A DNA stretch of 64,000 nt from an uncultured Gemmatimonadales bacterium. Lineage in GTDB: Bacteria; Gemmatimonadota; Gemmatimonadetes; Gemmatimonadales; GWC2-71-9. The stretch covers positions 64,001 to 128,000 of the forward strand of contig CAWJIM010000003.1 in NCBI GenBank assembly GCA_963842945.1, read 5' to 3'. Below, one piece after another: positions 29,939-40,028 of the stretch (its first letter is position 1; each line of letters begins with the position of its first letter). The notes beneath the pieces were generated by a model. It saw nothing but the letters and a program-made list of their open reading frames with translations, ran no database searches and was not told the origin of the DNA. A program made the translations under genes and the position numbers.

Positions 29939-31075
29939 CTATTGATGCGCCCGGAGATACGCGGCCAGAGCCCGCGATTCGGGCTCACTCACGCCCAGAT
30001 TGGGCATGAGAACCCCCTTCTTGATCGCCTGCGGGTTCCGGATCCAGCGAGCCAGATTCTCATCCGTGTTCTTCAGCGTGCCGGCCGCGATATAGGTGCG
30101 GGCGCCGACGTTGGCCAGATTGGGTCCCACCATGCCCTTGGGAGCGTTCACCGCCTGCAGCGAATGGCAACCCACGCACCCCTTGGTCATGAACAGCTGC
30201 TCGCCAGTGGCAAACTCGGAGCCCTGCGGCTTCTGAGCAGCGCCCGGCTGCTGAACCGTCGCTCCCGCGCTGGCGGTCTGGACTGCGCCGGGGGATGATG
30301 ACGCAGCCGGCTTGCTTCCCGCGGCCGGTTTGGCCCCGGCCGGCGGCTTCGGGCCCAGCGTCTGCATGTGGGCAACCCAGGCCTGGAACTCCTCGGCGTT
30401 CTGTGCCCGGATCCGGTAGGCCATACGCCCGTGTTGGATCCCGCAGAATTCAGCGCATTGGGCCGGATATTCTCCCGCTGTCTCCGCCTTGAACCAGAGC
30501 CGGCTTTCCCGGTTGGGGAACACATCCCGCTTGCCGGAGAATTGGGGCACCCAGAAGCTGTGAATCACGTCGGCGCTGCCCATCCGGAGCGAGACGGTGC
30601 GACCCACCGGGATATGCAGCTCGTTGGCCGTGGTCAGGTTGTATTCCGGATAGCGGAACTCCCACCACCACTGATGGCCGACGACCTCGATGGTGAGGGC
30701 GTCCTTCCCGGGAGTAGCGTTGGTCTGGAAGATGGCTCGAACGGTGGGCACCGCGATGGCGGCGAGAATCAGCGCGGGAATGACGGTCCAGATGATCTCG
30801 ACCGTGGTGTTGCCGTGGGTCTGGTGCGGCTCCGGATCTCCCGGCTTACCCCGGAAGCGGAAGATGGCATAGACCAGCACTCCTTCCACCAGCACGAACA
30901 CGAGCAACGCCCACTTTACGGTCGTGTCGAGCAGGTGGTCGGCAATGCGGGCAAAGTCGCCGCGGGGGAGGAGTGTGGTCTGGGGGTAGTGCTCCGGGCT
31001 ACAGCCGACCAACCCAACAGTGAGCAGGCAGAGCGCGGTGACCAACCGGGAGCGCCAGGCAGCGGTCCTCAACAT
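29939..31075 (-). CDS. ctaC: Cytochrome c oxidase subunit II with fused cytochrome c (caa3 type)
   Basis: Lipobox LVGC, DVIHSFW, CAEFCGIQHGRM CuA site, CVGCH haem c motif. Confidence 0.95.
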   Translation of the reverse strand: MLRTAAWRSRLVTALCLLTVGLVGCSPEHYPQTTLLPRGDFARIADHLLDTTVKWALLVFVLVEGVLVYAIFRFRGKPGDPEPHQTHGNTTVEIIWTVIPALILAAIAVPTVRAIFQTNATPGKDALTIEVVGHQWWWEFRYPEYNLTTANELHIPVGRTVSLRMGSADVIHSFWVPQFSGKRDVFPNRESRLWFKAETAGEYPAQCAEFCGIQHGRMAYRIRAQNAEEFQAWVAHMQTLGPKPPAGAKPAAGSKPAASSSPGAVQTASAGATVQQPGAAQKPQGSEFATGEQLFMTKGCVGCHSLQAVNAPKGMVGPNLANVGARTYIAAGTLKNTDENLARWIRNPQAIKKGVLMPNLGVSEPESRALAAYLRAHQ

Positions 31076-31138
31076 TTACGCGTTCATCCTGTTCGTAAGA
31101 AGCCACCAAAGTCGAGTGGAAAAGCCTGAGCCAGCAGC

Positions 31139-31167
31139 ACTTTAGCCTTGGCCCCCAAAGGTGTCAA
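31139..31167 (-). promoter_or_regulatory. Sigma70-type promoter of the oxidase operon
   Basis: Minus strand TTGACA-17 bp-TAAAGT, about 60 bp upstream of ctaC. Confidence 0.7.
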
Positions 31168-31280
31168 GGAAACGCGTGGCATTCCGCCGTGCTGCTGCCG
31201 ATGGTATCTTTTGACCGGAGTTTCCTCAAGCCTGGAGATCTCATCTCCGGGCCAATTCCTTTTTACGCCTGGTTGCACCA

Positions 31281-31790
31281 ATGATCCGTGAAATGCGAGA
31301 GAAGCTTGGCCGTGAAATCGACCAGCTCAGCCATGAACTCAATATCCTGCTGCCCCAGGCCATCGCTCAGGCGGTGGAGCTCGGAGACCTGCGCGAAAAC
31401 TCCGAGTACAAAGCCGCCCTGGAGAGACAGCAGTTCGTGCAGGCCCGTCTGGGGCAGCTGCACCAGCGGTTGAATCAGCTCGGTCAGCTCGCCAACACCG
31501 AAGCCCCGACCGACCGCGTGGGTCTGGGGTCCCGGGTCACCGTTCTGGACCTGGAGACCAACGAAACCGATACGTACGTCGTGGTGCTGGCCGAGATGAT
31601 GGACATCGATGCTGGGGACATCTCGCTGGCCTCACCTCTGGGCCGTGCCCTGGGCGGGGGAAAAGTAGGCGAGGAGGTAACGCTCCGGCTCCCCACCGCC
31701 ATCCGGAAGCTGCGCATCATCGATCTGGTCACCGTGCATCAGGCAGAAGCCGGAGCCAATGCGGCTAAGGGCAACGGAACCAACGGTTGA
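31281..31790 (+). CDS. greA: Transcription elongation factor GreA/GreB
   Basis: GDLRENSEY, ISLASPLGRAL. Confidence 0.88.
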   Translation: MIREMREKLGREIDQLSHELNILLPQAIAQAVELGDLRENSEYKAALERQQFVQARLGQLHQRLNQLGQLANTEAPTDRVGLGSRVTVLDLETNETDTYVVVLAEMMDIDAGDISLASPLGRALGGGKVGEEVTLRLPTAIRKLRIIDLVTVHQAEAGANAAKGNGTNG

Positions 31791-32158
31791 TGGAATTTCC
31801 CAAGAAGCAGCTGCTGGTGGTGGGCGATCGGGTCCTCATTACTCCTGAGGATGGCGATGAGCGCACCCGGGTGGGTCTGTACCTCCCCGCCACCGCAATC
31901 GATGCCCAGCAGGTGCAGACCGGGCTGATCGTCGCCACCGGTCCGGGAACCCCGGTGGCCGACCTCAGCAGCCTGGACGATGAGCCCTGGAAGATCGATG
32001 CTCGCGAGGGCCGGAGCCGCGGGATGCAGGCCAGGGTGGGGGACCACGCCATCTTTTTCCGAAAGGCCGCGGTGGAGATCACCTTCGAGGAGCGGAAGTA
32101 CCTGGTGGTGCCGCAGGCCGCGATCCTGGTGCTGGTCCGAGACGATTTGCCGATTTGA
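31787..32158 (+). CDS. GroES (Cpn10) family protein
   Basis: VGDRVLI, GLYLP, GLIVATGPG, VGD; ATGA overlap with greA. Confidence 0.8.
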   Translation: MMEFPKKQLLVVGDRVLITPEDGDERTRVGLYLPATAIDAQQVQTGLIVATGPGTPVADLSSLDDEPWKIDAREGRSRGMQARVGDHAIFFRKAAVEITFEERKYLVVPQAAILVLVRDDLPI

Positions 32159-32285
32159 GAGTTGCCAGACCGCAGTCACCAGTCCCCCGTTGTTCAGCTC
32201 CGGTACGCAGTCGCTTGTCACCGCTTCGTACATCCAGGTGATATACCGTTCAGGGCGACAGCATCGGCCGGCTGACGACTGACCC

Positions 32286-32801
32286 ATGTGCTTCTTCCTG
32301 AGCATCGCGAGTCCCCTGACCCTCAGCGAGATCCGCTCGATGCTACCCTCCGGCCTGACGGCGGACCTTGCCCCCACCGCTGAGCGCGCCCGGCTGAGTC
32401 GGCTGCACCCGCCGGCCAGAACGGTGGCCCAGCTTCTGGTGGGCGCCTGCTCCTGCGATCTGGTCCGGACTCGACAGGAAAGTTCGCTGGAAGATGAGCG
32501 AGAGCACCGCGGCCGCTATCGGCGACGAAGGCTCAGCCGGACCCAGATCATCCGTGAGCTGGAGCGGCATCGCCGCGGACCGGTGCCCCGGCCCGAGCCC
32601 TCTCGCGGCTGGCGCAGCGCCCTCGCGGCATTCGTGGCGGAGCATGCGCGCAATGCGGGGCCGACGCTGTACCTGCTCGAGTTCCTGCCCCACGAGCAAT
32701 CCAGCATTCCTGCCGCCTCCCCAATGCGTCGCTCAGTGGCAGAGGTTCGGGGCGCAATCGACACCTGGCTGCCGGAAGGAGAACCAGTAGTGGTGACGTG
32801 A
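32286..32801 (+). CDS. Hypothetical protein (N-terminal MC, internal CSC)
   Basis: 171-aa ORF co-directional with neighbours. Confidence 0.55.
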   Translation: MCFFLSIASPLTLSEIRSMLPSGLTADLAPTAERARLSRLHPPARTVAQLLVGACSCDLVRTRQESSLEDEREHRGRYRRRRLSRTQIIRELERHRRGPVPRPEPSRGWRSALAAFVAEHARNAGPTLYLLEFLPHEQSSIPAASPMRRSVAEVRGAIDTWLPEGEPVVVT

Positions 32802-32879
32802 GGTCCCAACTGGACAGCTTTCCGGCGACTTTCTATACTGGCACCGTCCAATCCCGTCGACTCTCCCCCATGAGGATCC

Positions 32880-33509
32880 ATGTTCAGAGCCTTTGGTTCC
32901 CAGGCTGCGTCTGCCGGACTGCTCGCCGTTGCGCTGCTCTTTGCTTGCGGCCGGAAGGACGCTCAACCCGACGCTTCCGCGGACACCGCCTCCAGCGAGG
33001 AATCCGCTGCCCAGGACACTTTATCCAGCGCCGCTCCGACTGCACAGCCGGCCGGCAACCCCACCGCAGCGCCTCTCACTCCGGCCGACATTGAACGCTG
33101 GACCAAGGGGATGGACGGCGAGCTGCAGGCGGTGCGTGAAGCGGGCGCCAAGCTCAAGAGCGCGCGGACCAGCGATGATACCTTGAACGCGATGATGGGC
33201 GTCCAGGAGATGGCCACGGTGGAGGCGGGAGCGAAGGCGGCAGGCGTAGACCCGGAGCGCTACAAGTTCATCCGCAGCAACCTCTCTGCCGTGGTGGGCT
33301 ACCTGACGCCGTCATTCGGCGGGATCGACACCGCCAGCCTGTCGCAGGCGCAGCGGGACGAGTTGCGCAAGGGAAACGAAGCCCAGATTCAGCGGATGCA
33401 GCAGGAAGTGCCCGCGGACGTGGTGGAGGCGATCAAGCCCCGTGCGGTGGAGTTGCGAAAGAAGGATATGGGACTGGTGGCGGCCCGGCTGAAAGGTGCG
33501 GGCATGTAG
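32880..33509 (+). CDS. Hypothetical lipoprotein
   Basis: Lipobox LLFAC; GAGGA RBS; helical C-terminus. Confidence 0.7.
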   Translation: MFRAFGSQAASAGLLAVALLFACGRKDAQPDASADTASSEESAAQDTLSSAAPTAQPAGNPTAAPLTPADIERWTKGMDGELQAVREAGAKLKSARTSDDTLNAMMGVQEMATVEAGAKAAGVDPERYKFIRSNLSAVVGYLTPSFGGIDTASLSQAQRDELRKGNEAQIQRMQQEVPADVVEAIKPRAVELRKKDMGLVAARLKGAGM

Positions 33510-33514
33510 CAGGA

Positions 33515-33547
33515 ACGAGGGCGCCGCTGCGGAGAGCGGCGCCTCGT
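33515..33547. terminator. Hairpin between convergent genes
   Basis: ACGAGG(G)CGCCGCT-gcggag-AGCGGCGCCTCGT. Confidence 0.6.
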
Positions 33548-33556
33548 GGGTTCACC

Positions 33557-34824
33557 TCAGGACTTGACCAACTCCACCCGGCGGTTGTTCTGCCGGCCTT
33601 CCGGAGTGTCGTTACTCGTCACCGGCTTGGTCTGACCCAGCCCTTTCGCCTGAAGACGAGCCCCCTCGATCTGGTAGCTATCGACGAGGTACTGACGAAC
33701 GGCATTCGCCCGCTTCTCGCTCAGCGCCTGGTTGGCATCGGGCTTCCCGACATTGTCCGTGTGACCCTCGATGACGAGCTTGAGCTCGGGATGGTCTTTC
33801 AGCATCGTCCCGATCTCCTTGAGAGTCGGAGTCGATTCCGGCCGGATCCGGTCGCTTCCCGTGTCAAAGAGGATTCCCTGAGTTGCGACCCTACCCTTCT
33901 CGGCCAACGCGTCGTACAGCTTCTTCCCGCCGGCTGCTACGCGGAAGTTGGCGAACATGGCAGGACGGTCGTCGGTGGCGTCGGTGTTGAAGAGGATCTT
34001 GTTCGACCGGCCCACGTCTGCGTTGGGCACATTCAGGATCCGTTTGTCGTCGAAGTAGACCTTGAGGTATTTCCCGTCACCCATGATCCGAGCACGGCGG
34101 ATCTTGTCTCGCTTCTGGTCGGTATCGTAGCGTCCATTGGCGTTAATGCCGCCCTTGTGGTTATTGAGCTCGGCGGCACCATCGCCTCCGAACTCCACCC
34201 GCGTATTCTCGTCCTCCGTAAAGGAAAGCCAGACCTCTCCATACTGATTGTTGTAGTCGAATTCCAGGGTGAAGCGTTCGGGAAGGGCCTCGGGAAGGGT
34301 AAGGTAGAACTTGGAGGCGCTGGTAGCCCGGAGCCAGCGGCTCCCGTTCCATTCGACGATTTCGGCGGCCCCCGATCTTGAATTCCATTCGCTTTGGGAA
34401 GTCTCCTACTTCATCGGAGGTGAAGTCATCGGCATACAGGACTCGCTCGCCCGGCTTGAAGTCGTAGTTGGCCCACGCTCCCTGTCCCGGCTTGAGTTCG
34501 GCAGCCGTTCCCGCACCCGCCGCACCTGCTGCCCCAGCCGCGCCCCGCGGTGGCAGCCGGCGCCGCACCGGTCTGCCCGGCCGGAGCAGCCGCGGCTGCT
34601 GTGGTATCGGACTTCTTGCCGCCTCCTGCCATGGCACTGTCGATCGCCTTGCTCTCTTCGTCGGTGGCCTTCTGAATCGCCTTGTCCTCGGCCGTCCGCT
34701 TCACCGCATCCTTGAACCGCTTTCCGAACTGGGCATGGGCCGGGTTTGCCCATCCCATGGACAAGACTGCGAGCGCCGCTACCGTGGCGAGCCTCGAGCC
34801 CCAAGTGTTATACGCCATCACCAT
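33557..34824 (-). CDS. OmpA family peptidoglycan-binding protein, multiple frameshifts
   Basis: Signal peptide ending AHA-QFGK; C-terminal IEGHTDNVG, LSEKRA, NNRRVE. Confidence 0.85.
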
Positions 34825-35045
34825 TACCCCTATGCGTTGAATGAGAACCAGTAGGAGCAGGACTACGACACACCGGGGAACGCGGGCGTCCGACTCGCGC
34901 CAACGTGAAGCTGCACGTACCGGCTGATGAAGGCCGTGCGGAAGAGACTATGGCTGATTCAAGCTGTCTCGAGGAGCTTCGATCCGTACACGTGTGTCCT
35001 GCACGCCAGGAAGCGCGCCCACTATGTTCGAAGTGGAGGCTGACT

Positions 35046-35904
35046 TTGTCAAGCACCGCTTTGTCCCACCGGGACGGACGGTTTACCGGATCGGGCGGTA
35101 CCGAGCTCTTCTGGCAGAGCTGGGTGCCGGCTGGAGCTCCGAGAGCTGTGCTGGTGAACCTGCACGGCCTGGGCGACCATAGCGGCCTGTATCCCACGTC
35201 TGGCGGAGTTCTTCCCGGCTCGCGGCATCGCGCTCTATGCCTTCGACCTGAGAGGGAACGGCCGGTCACCGGGCCAACGGGCGTACATCAGGAGCTGGGA
35301 TCAATACCGCGAGGATCTTCACCGTTTCCTGGACCGAGTGAGGAGCTGGCAGCCCGACCTGCCGCTCTTCGTCCTGGGAAACAGCCTCGGAGGATTGATC
35401 GTCCTCGAATACGCCTTGCACTATCCGGACGGTCTGGCCGGCGTCATCGCCGCGGCCCCGCCCCTCGGAAAGCTCGGCGTGCCGCCCATTCTTATGGCCC
35501 TTGGCCGGGTGCTCTCCCGACTAGCGCCCCGGTTTACCCTTCGAGTGGGAATGGACCTGAGCGGGCTTGCCCGGGACCCGGCCGTCGTGGAGGCGGTTCT
35601 GGCAGATCCGTGGTTTCACCGGTGGGGTACCGCGCGGCTCTCGACCGAAGTGACCTCGGCAATCGCCCGGGTGCATGGAGAGGCAGAAACGTTGTCGCTG
35701 CCGGTGCTGATCCTGCATGGTTCGGCGGATCGAATGGTGCCGCCCGAGGGCAGCCGGGAATTCTACTCCCGGCTTCGCCAGGCTGACCGTGAGTTCCGGG
35801 AATATCCCGAGGGCTACCACGGACTCTTTGCGGATATCGACTCGCAGGCGGTTCTGTCCGACGTGGGACGCTGGCTGGACGCGCATCTGCCGGTCCCGGG
35901 GTGA
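35046..35904 (+). CDS. Alpha/beta hydrolase (lysophospholipase/monoglyceride lipase-like), frameshift near 35200
   Basis: HGLGDHSG, GNSLGG, HGSADRMV, GYHGL. Confidence 0.85.
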
Positions 35905-35959
35905 TCCGGACCCTCGCGGAGGCACCGGTCGTCCGGTAGTATCAGTAGAAGGTGGTACC

Positions 35960-36415
35960 ATGACGACTCCTTCTGTGTCCCCAGCCATTCCCCCCACCCG
36001 GCGGCGGGTAACGTCGCTCTTCACCCGGGCACTGCGTCTCCGCTGCCCTCACTGCGGTGGGGGTCCGATCTTTGTCACCTGGTCACACCTGGTGCCCAAT
36101 TGCCCGGTCTGCGGCCTCGGGCTGGAACGGGGAGAAGAGGGGTACTGGCTGGGGGCGTACTTCTTCAATCTGATGGCGATGGAGACCGTCTTCAGCATCT
36201 GGGTCGTGGGTTTTCTGCTGGGGACCTGGCCCGACCCGCCATGGGACCTGTTTCAGGCCACCACTATCGCCCTGATGCTGGTGGTGCCTTTTGCGTTTTT
36301 TCCCTACTCCAAAACCCTCTTTCTTGCCTTCGACCTCCTGGTGCGCCCGCCGACCGAGGAAGATTTTGTGGTGCCCCACGAGGAGGCCTGGAACATTCGG
36401 CGGAAGCAGACCTGA
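35960..36415 (+). CDS. DUF983-like membrane protein
   Basis: RCPHCGGG and CPVCG followed by two hydrophobic segments. Confidence 0.75.
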   Translation: MTTPSVSPAIPPTRRRVTSLFTRALRLRCPHCGGGPIFVTWSHLVPNCPVCGLGLERGEEGYWLGAYFFNLMAMETVFSIWVVGFLLGTWPDPPWDLFQATTIALMLVVPFAFFPYSKTLFLAFDLLVRPPTEEDFVVPHEEAWNIRRKQT

Positions 36416-36441
36416 TCCCTCAGCGGCCAGGCCGCGCGAAA

Positions 36442-36972
36442 TCAGGGGCGAGCGCGGAGGAGCGGCAGGTATTCGAGCCAGGGACCCACAGCGTCGGTAT
36501 ACTGGCGTCCCATCACCCGGGCAATCTGTCCCAGATGATTGAGATCGTGAGCCACCCAGGTGGCCAGCAGCTGGCCCAAGCTCACGGGGCCGAGCTCGGG
36601 GTGCCGGCCTCGACGATCGAAATCAGAGGGTTGCAGCCGGTGGGACTCCAGCCGGTCCACATTGATGCGGCGCAGCTCGGTAAAGGTATCGAGCAGTTCC
36701 CCCAGAGACTTTCCCCGGGACTCGCGAAACTGGGCAAACCGATCGAACGGCGTGAACGGCCGCGAGTCGCCCTGCGCCAGCAGCAGCTCGAGCCGGGGAA
36801 TCCAGTCGGTCCGCTCCCCGTGGATCAGGTGGCCGACGATGTCGTAGGGACTCCAGGTGTCGGGCCCTTCGTTGGAGCGAACCCAGACCTCGGGCAGGTT
36901 TTCCAGCCAGGCACGGAGCACCTGCGGCGTGGCCCGCAACACCGGCAGCGCATCGTCCAAGGTGAAGTTCAC
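36442..36972 (-). CDS. DinB/YfiT-like four-helix-bundle protein
   Basis: TWSPYDIVGHLIHGE, HPELG, WVAHDLNHLGQI. Confidence 0.85.
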   Translation of the reverse strand: MNFTLDDALPVLRATPQVLRAWLENLPEVWVRSNEGPDTWSPYDIVGHLIHGERTDWIPRLELLLAQGDSRPFTPFDRFAQFRESRGKSLGELLDTFTELRRINVDRLESHRLQPSDFDRRGRHPELGPVSLGQLLATWVAHDLNHLGQIARVMGRQYTDAVGPWLEYLPLLRARP

Positions 36973-37596
36973 GAGCGTTGCACCGGCAGAAGGTAGAACG
37001 CCATCAGATAGTCCGTGCAGGGCAAGACTGGCCCAGGGATTCACGAAGGCCAGGACGAAGGATAGAAAGTAGGCTGCAGGCCCGATCAGATATCGGCGGC
37101 TGATGGTCCGCAGCGCGTGTCTGTCCGCGTCGGGACCGAGCAGCCGACCGTCCCGGATGGCGTACCACCAGAGGGCATTGTACGCCAAAGCGATGATCAC
37201 GAAGGTCGCGCTGTACCCGGCCACCGCCACCCGCCGGCCGCCGGGCCGAGGGAGGTACTCCGCCAGCACCGCCGTGGGAAACGGCAGAAAGGCAATCCAC
37301 ATCAGAAAGACCACGCTGAGCATCAGGAAGTAGCGATCGGTCCGCCGAATCAGCTCGAACATGCTGTGGTGATTGGCCCACATCACGCCAATAGTGATGA
37401 AGCTGATGAGGTAGCCCAGGTACGAAGGCCAGAGCCCCAGAAGGGCGCGGAAGAGGTCAACGCCCTCATGGGTGATCTCGGGAGACGGGACGCGGATCTC
37501 CAGGACGAGCAGGGTGATCGCGATGGCAAACACGCCATCGCTGAACGCCTCGACCCGGCCCGTCTCCGAAACGCCCGGGCTCAACGACTGGACCAT
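36969..37596 (-). CDS. TMEM175 (DUF1211) family potassium channel
   Basis: RVEAFSDGVFAIAITLLVLEI, WANHH, LPFPT. An extra base near 37008 fuses it artificially to the DinB-like gene. Confidence 0.85.
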
Positions 37597-37677
37597 GTCA
37601 CCTCGGGAAGCGCAGAGAAGGAAATCTGCTCTAAATTAGCCCTACCCTGATGGATCTGCCTCGACAGGAGTCTTCGC

Positions 37678-38106
37678 GTGTTTTCTCCCGATCATTTGCG
37701 CCTTCCAATGGTGCTACTTGCTGGAGCAGGGTTGCTGGCTTGTGGTCAGAGCACCAGCCATCATCCCGACATGGGACCGGTTGTATTCGAGGATCGATTG
37801 GTCATTCAGGACACCGATGACCGTTCGCCGCTTGGCATACCGCCATCTGCGTTGCCGCCGGCCGGTGCCTGCCGTCTGTGGAAGCCAGGCCGTCCGGTTC
37901 GGGAGCAGGCCGCTGTCGGCGCGTGTGCTCAGATCGAGCCTGCGGCTCCGCCCGAGAGCTGGATTCTGTATCGGCCCAGCCAGGACCCCCGGCTGGTGCA
38001 CGTAAGAGTGGTGGATCCAGACCAGGCCGGGCTGGTGACGCAGGTGCGAGTGTACGATGCGGAGCGAGGGACCTATCTGGGCTCGAAGCAGCGGGCCCAT
38101 TCTTGA
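37678..38106 (+). CDS. Hypothetical lipoprotein
   Basis: Lipobox LLAC; LGIPP..LPPAGACRLW motif. Confidence 0.65.
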   Translation: MFSPDHLRLPMVLLAGAGLLACGQSTSHHPDMGPVVFEDRLVIQDTDDRSPLGIPPSALPPAGACRLWKPGRPVREQAAVGACAQIEPAAPPESWILYRPSQDPRLVHVRVVDPDQAGLVTQVRVYDAERGTYLGSKQRAHS

Positions 38107-38161
38107 CGGCAGGTGGCTTCGGGATATATTCGGGTAAGCTAGTGCCGAATAAACCCCGAAG
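38103..38161 (+). promoter_or_regulatory. Sigma70-type promoter overlapped by two inverted CTTCGG-N5-ATTCGG boxes (candidate SOS operator)
   Basis: TTGACG(38103)-16 bp-TATATT(38125); CTTCGGGATATATTCGG at 38117-38133 and its near reverse complement at 38145-38161. Confidence 0.55.
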
Positions 38162-38346
38162 CGAGGCACCGATGTTTTTCCCCGCACTGTCCATCCTGCC
38201 GCAACATCCCTCGGCGTTCTCTCCCGCACTGAATCAAAGCCGGTAACCGGCGGCCACCCAGCACTATTCGGCGTCTGTCCCGATTGCGCCGGTCCCCTGG
38301 TGCCCTCATCAGGCTGCTTCAGTTGCACCCGATGTGGATGGGGACT

Positions 38347-39563
38347 ATGCGGGTGATGGAGCGGGGAGGACGGGAAGAGGGGAGGCGGGGAAGTTGGCAC
38401 GCGGGGACGCGGGGATGTTGGCAACGCGTGGAAGCGGGCCGGCAAGCAGACGATGTTCCGCAGCTAGAGCTACTTCCCCCCCTTCCCGCTTCCCCGCTTC
38501 CCGTCTTAGACACCCGTGCCCGGGGTACCAGGTTCATCCAGCTCTCGGTGCGCTCGGTGCTGAACACGCCGGCATCCACTCACATGGGATTCTGGTCCAT
38601 CAATCCCTATGTCGGATGCGAATTCGGCTGTACCTACTGTTACGCGCGGGATACGCATCGGTGGGTGGTAGAGAGGCTGGGCAGCGGAGGCAGATGGGCG
38701 GCGGGTACTGTAAGTTCTTCGGGTCGGGTTATCAAAGCTGGATCACCCGAGTTCCGTCCGCCGGTCCGCCCGTCCGCCTGCCCGCCTGGGAGGCCTTCGA
38801 AAAAGAGATCCTGGTCAAATCCGGCGTGGCTGAAGTGCTGGGCCGTACGCTCAAACCCGCTCGGCTGGCCGGCCAGTCTCTGGTCATTGGCACCGCCACT
38901 GATCCGTATCAGCCGGCCGAGCGGCGGTTTCGACTCACCCGGCGCATTCTGGAGGTATTGCGCTCCTATCACGGGCTTTCGATCGAGATCATCACCAAGT
39001 CGCCGTTGGTCATTCGCGATCTCGACCTGTTGCAGGCGCTCTCTCAACAGAACGAGGTGAACGTCAACATTTCGCTGGCCACGGCCGACCCCCGGCTGGC
39101 CCGCCGCCTGGAGCTGCGCTCGCCGGTTCCGGGAGCGCGGTTGCGGGCACTGCGGCGGCTCACCGAAGGTGGGGTCTATGCCGGACTGATTGTGGCGCCA
39201 ATCATTCCCGGCATCACCGATGACTGGGCCGGGTTGGCGCGGCTCATGGAAGCAGCGAAGGAGGCGGGTGCCCGCTACGTGATCGGGTCGGCGCTCCGGC
39301 TCGGCCCCGCGGCGCGGCGCCGCTTCCTTCCTGTGCTCGAGCGGGAGTTCCCGGCTCTGTACGAGCGATATCGCCGTCATTACGCCGGTAGCGACATGGC
39401 CAGCCGGAGCTATCAGGATGCGCTCACTCGCCGGCTCAATGCTCTGCGTCAGGCCTACGGGTTTGCCGGCGATGAGGCGAGTAAGCGGCGCCGGCAGCGG
39501 CTCGAAGCTGCCGAGCACAGCGGCAAAGTGGTGGATGCGGCCGAGCAGTCCGTCCTGTTATAG
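38347..39563 (+). CDS. Radical SAM DNA-repair-associated protein (SplB/Rv2578c-like), frameshift near 38700-38790
   Basis: SINPYVGCEFGCTYCYAR, GTATDPYQPAE, ITKS, APIIPGITD. Confidence 0.88.
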
Positions 39564-39574
39564 AGGAAATCGCC

Positions 39575-39941
39575 ATGAGCAGCGCCCAACATGATCGCAG
39601 AATCGATTACATCGAATTCTCCGTCACCAGTGTGCCGGAGGCTAAGCGTTTTTATGGCGAAGCGTTTGGCTGGAGCTTCGAGGACTACGGACCGGAATAC
39701 GCCAGCTTTGCCGATGGCCGGCTGAGTGGCGGATTTCAGACGGCCTCCCGGGTTGCCCGCTGGGGGACCCCTGGTGGTGATCTACGCGCTCGATTTGGAG
39801 TCGCAGGAGCGCCGGGTCAAACAGGCGGGCGGCACCATCGTGCGAGGCATTTTCAGTTTTCCCGGTGGCCGCCGTTTCCATTTTACCGACCCCAGCGGCA
39901 ACGAGCTGGCGGTATGGTCGGACACCAAGAGTGAACGGTAG
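39575..39941 (+). CDS. VOC/glyoxalase family protein, frameshift near 39760
   Basis: IDYIEF, FGWSFEDYGP, FPGGRRFHFTDPSGNELAVWS. Confidence 0.88.
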
Positions 39942-40018
39942 AACAGTTAACGGTAAACAGGGAATTCACCACGAGAGAATTCGCCATCCTGTTCACCGTT
40001 TACTGTTCACCGTTCACG
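39931..40018. repeat. 7-bp-unit palindromic repeat, copy 2
   Basis: gtgaacggtagaacagttaacggtaaacagggaa ... ctgttcaccgtttactgttcaccgttcacg. Confidence 0.8.
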
Positions 40019-40028
40019 CTTTTCGCCT

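Noticed and set aside
36442..37596. TMEM175 channel-DinB fusion (384 aa)
   Set aside because: Removing one base near 37008 gives LMAFYLLPVQRS* with a GTGA overlap, so these are two genes
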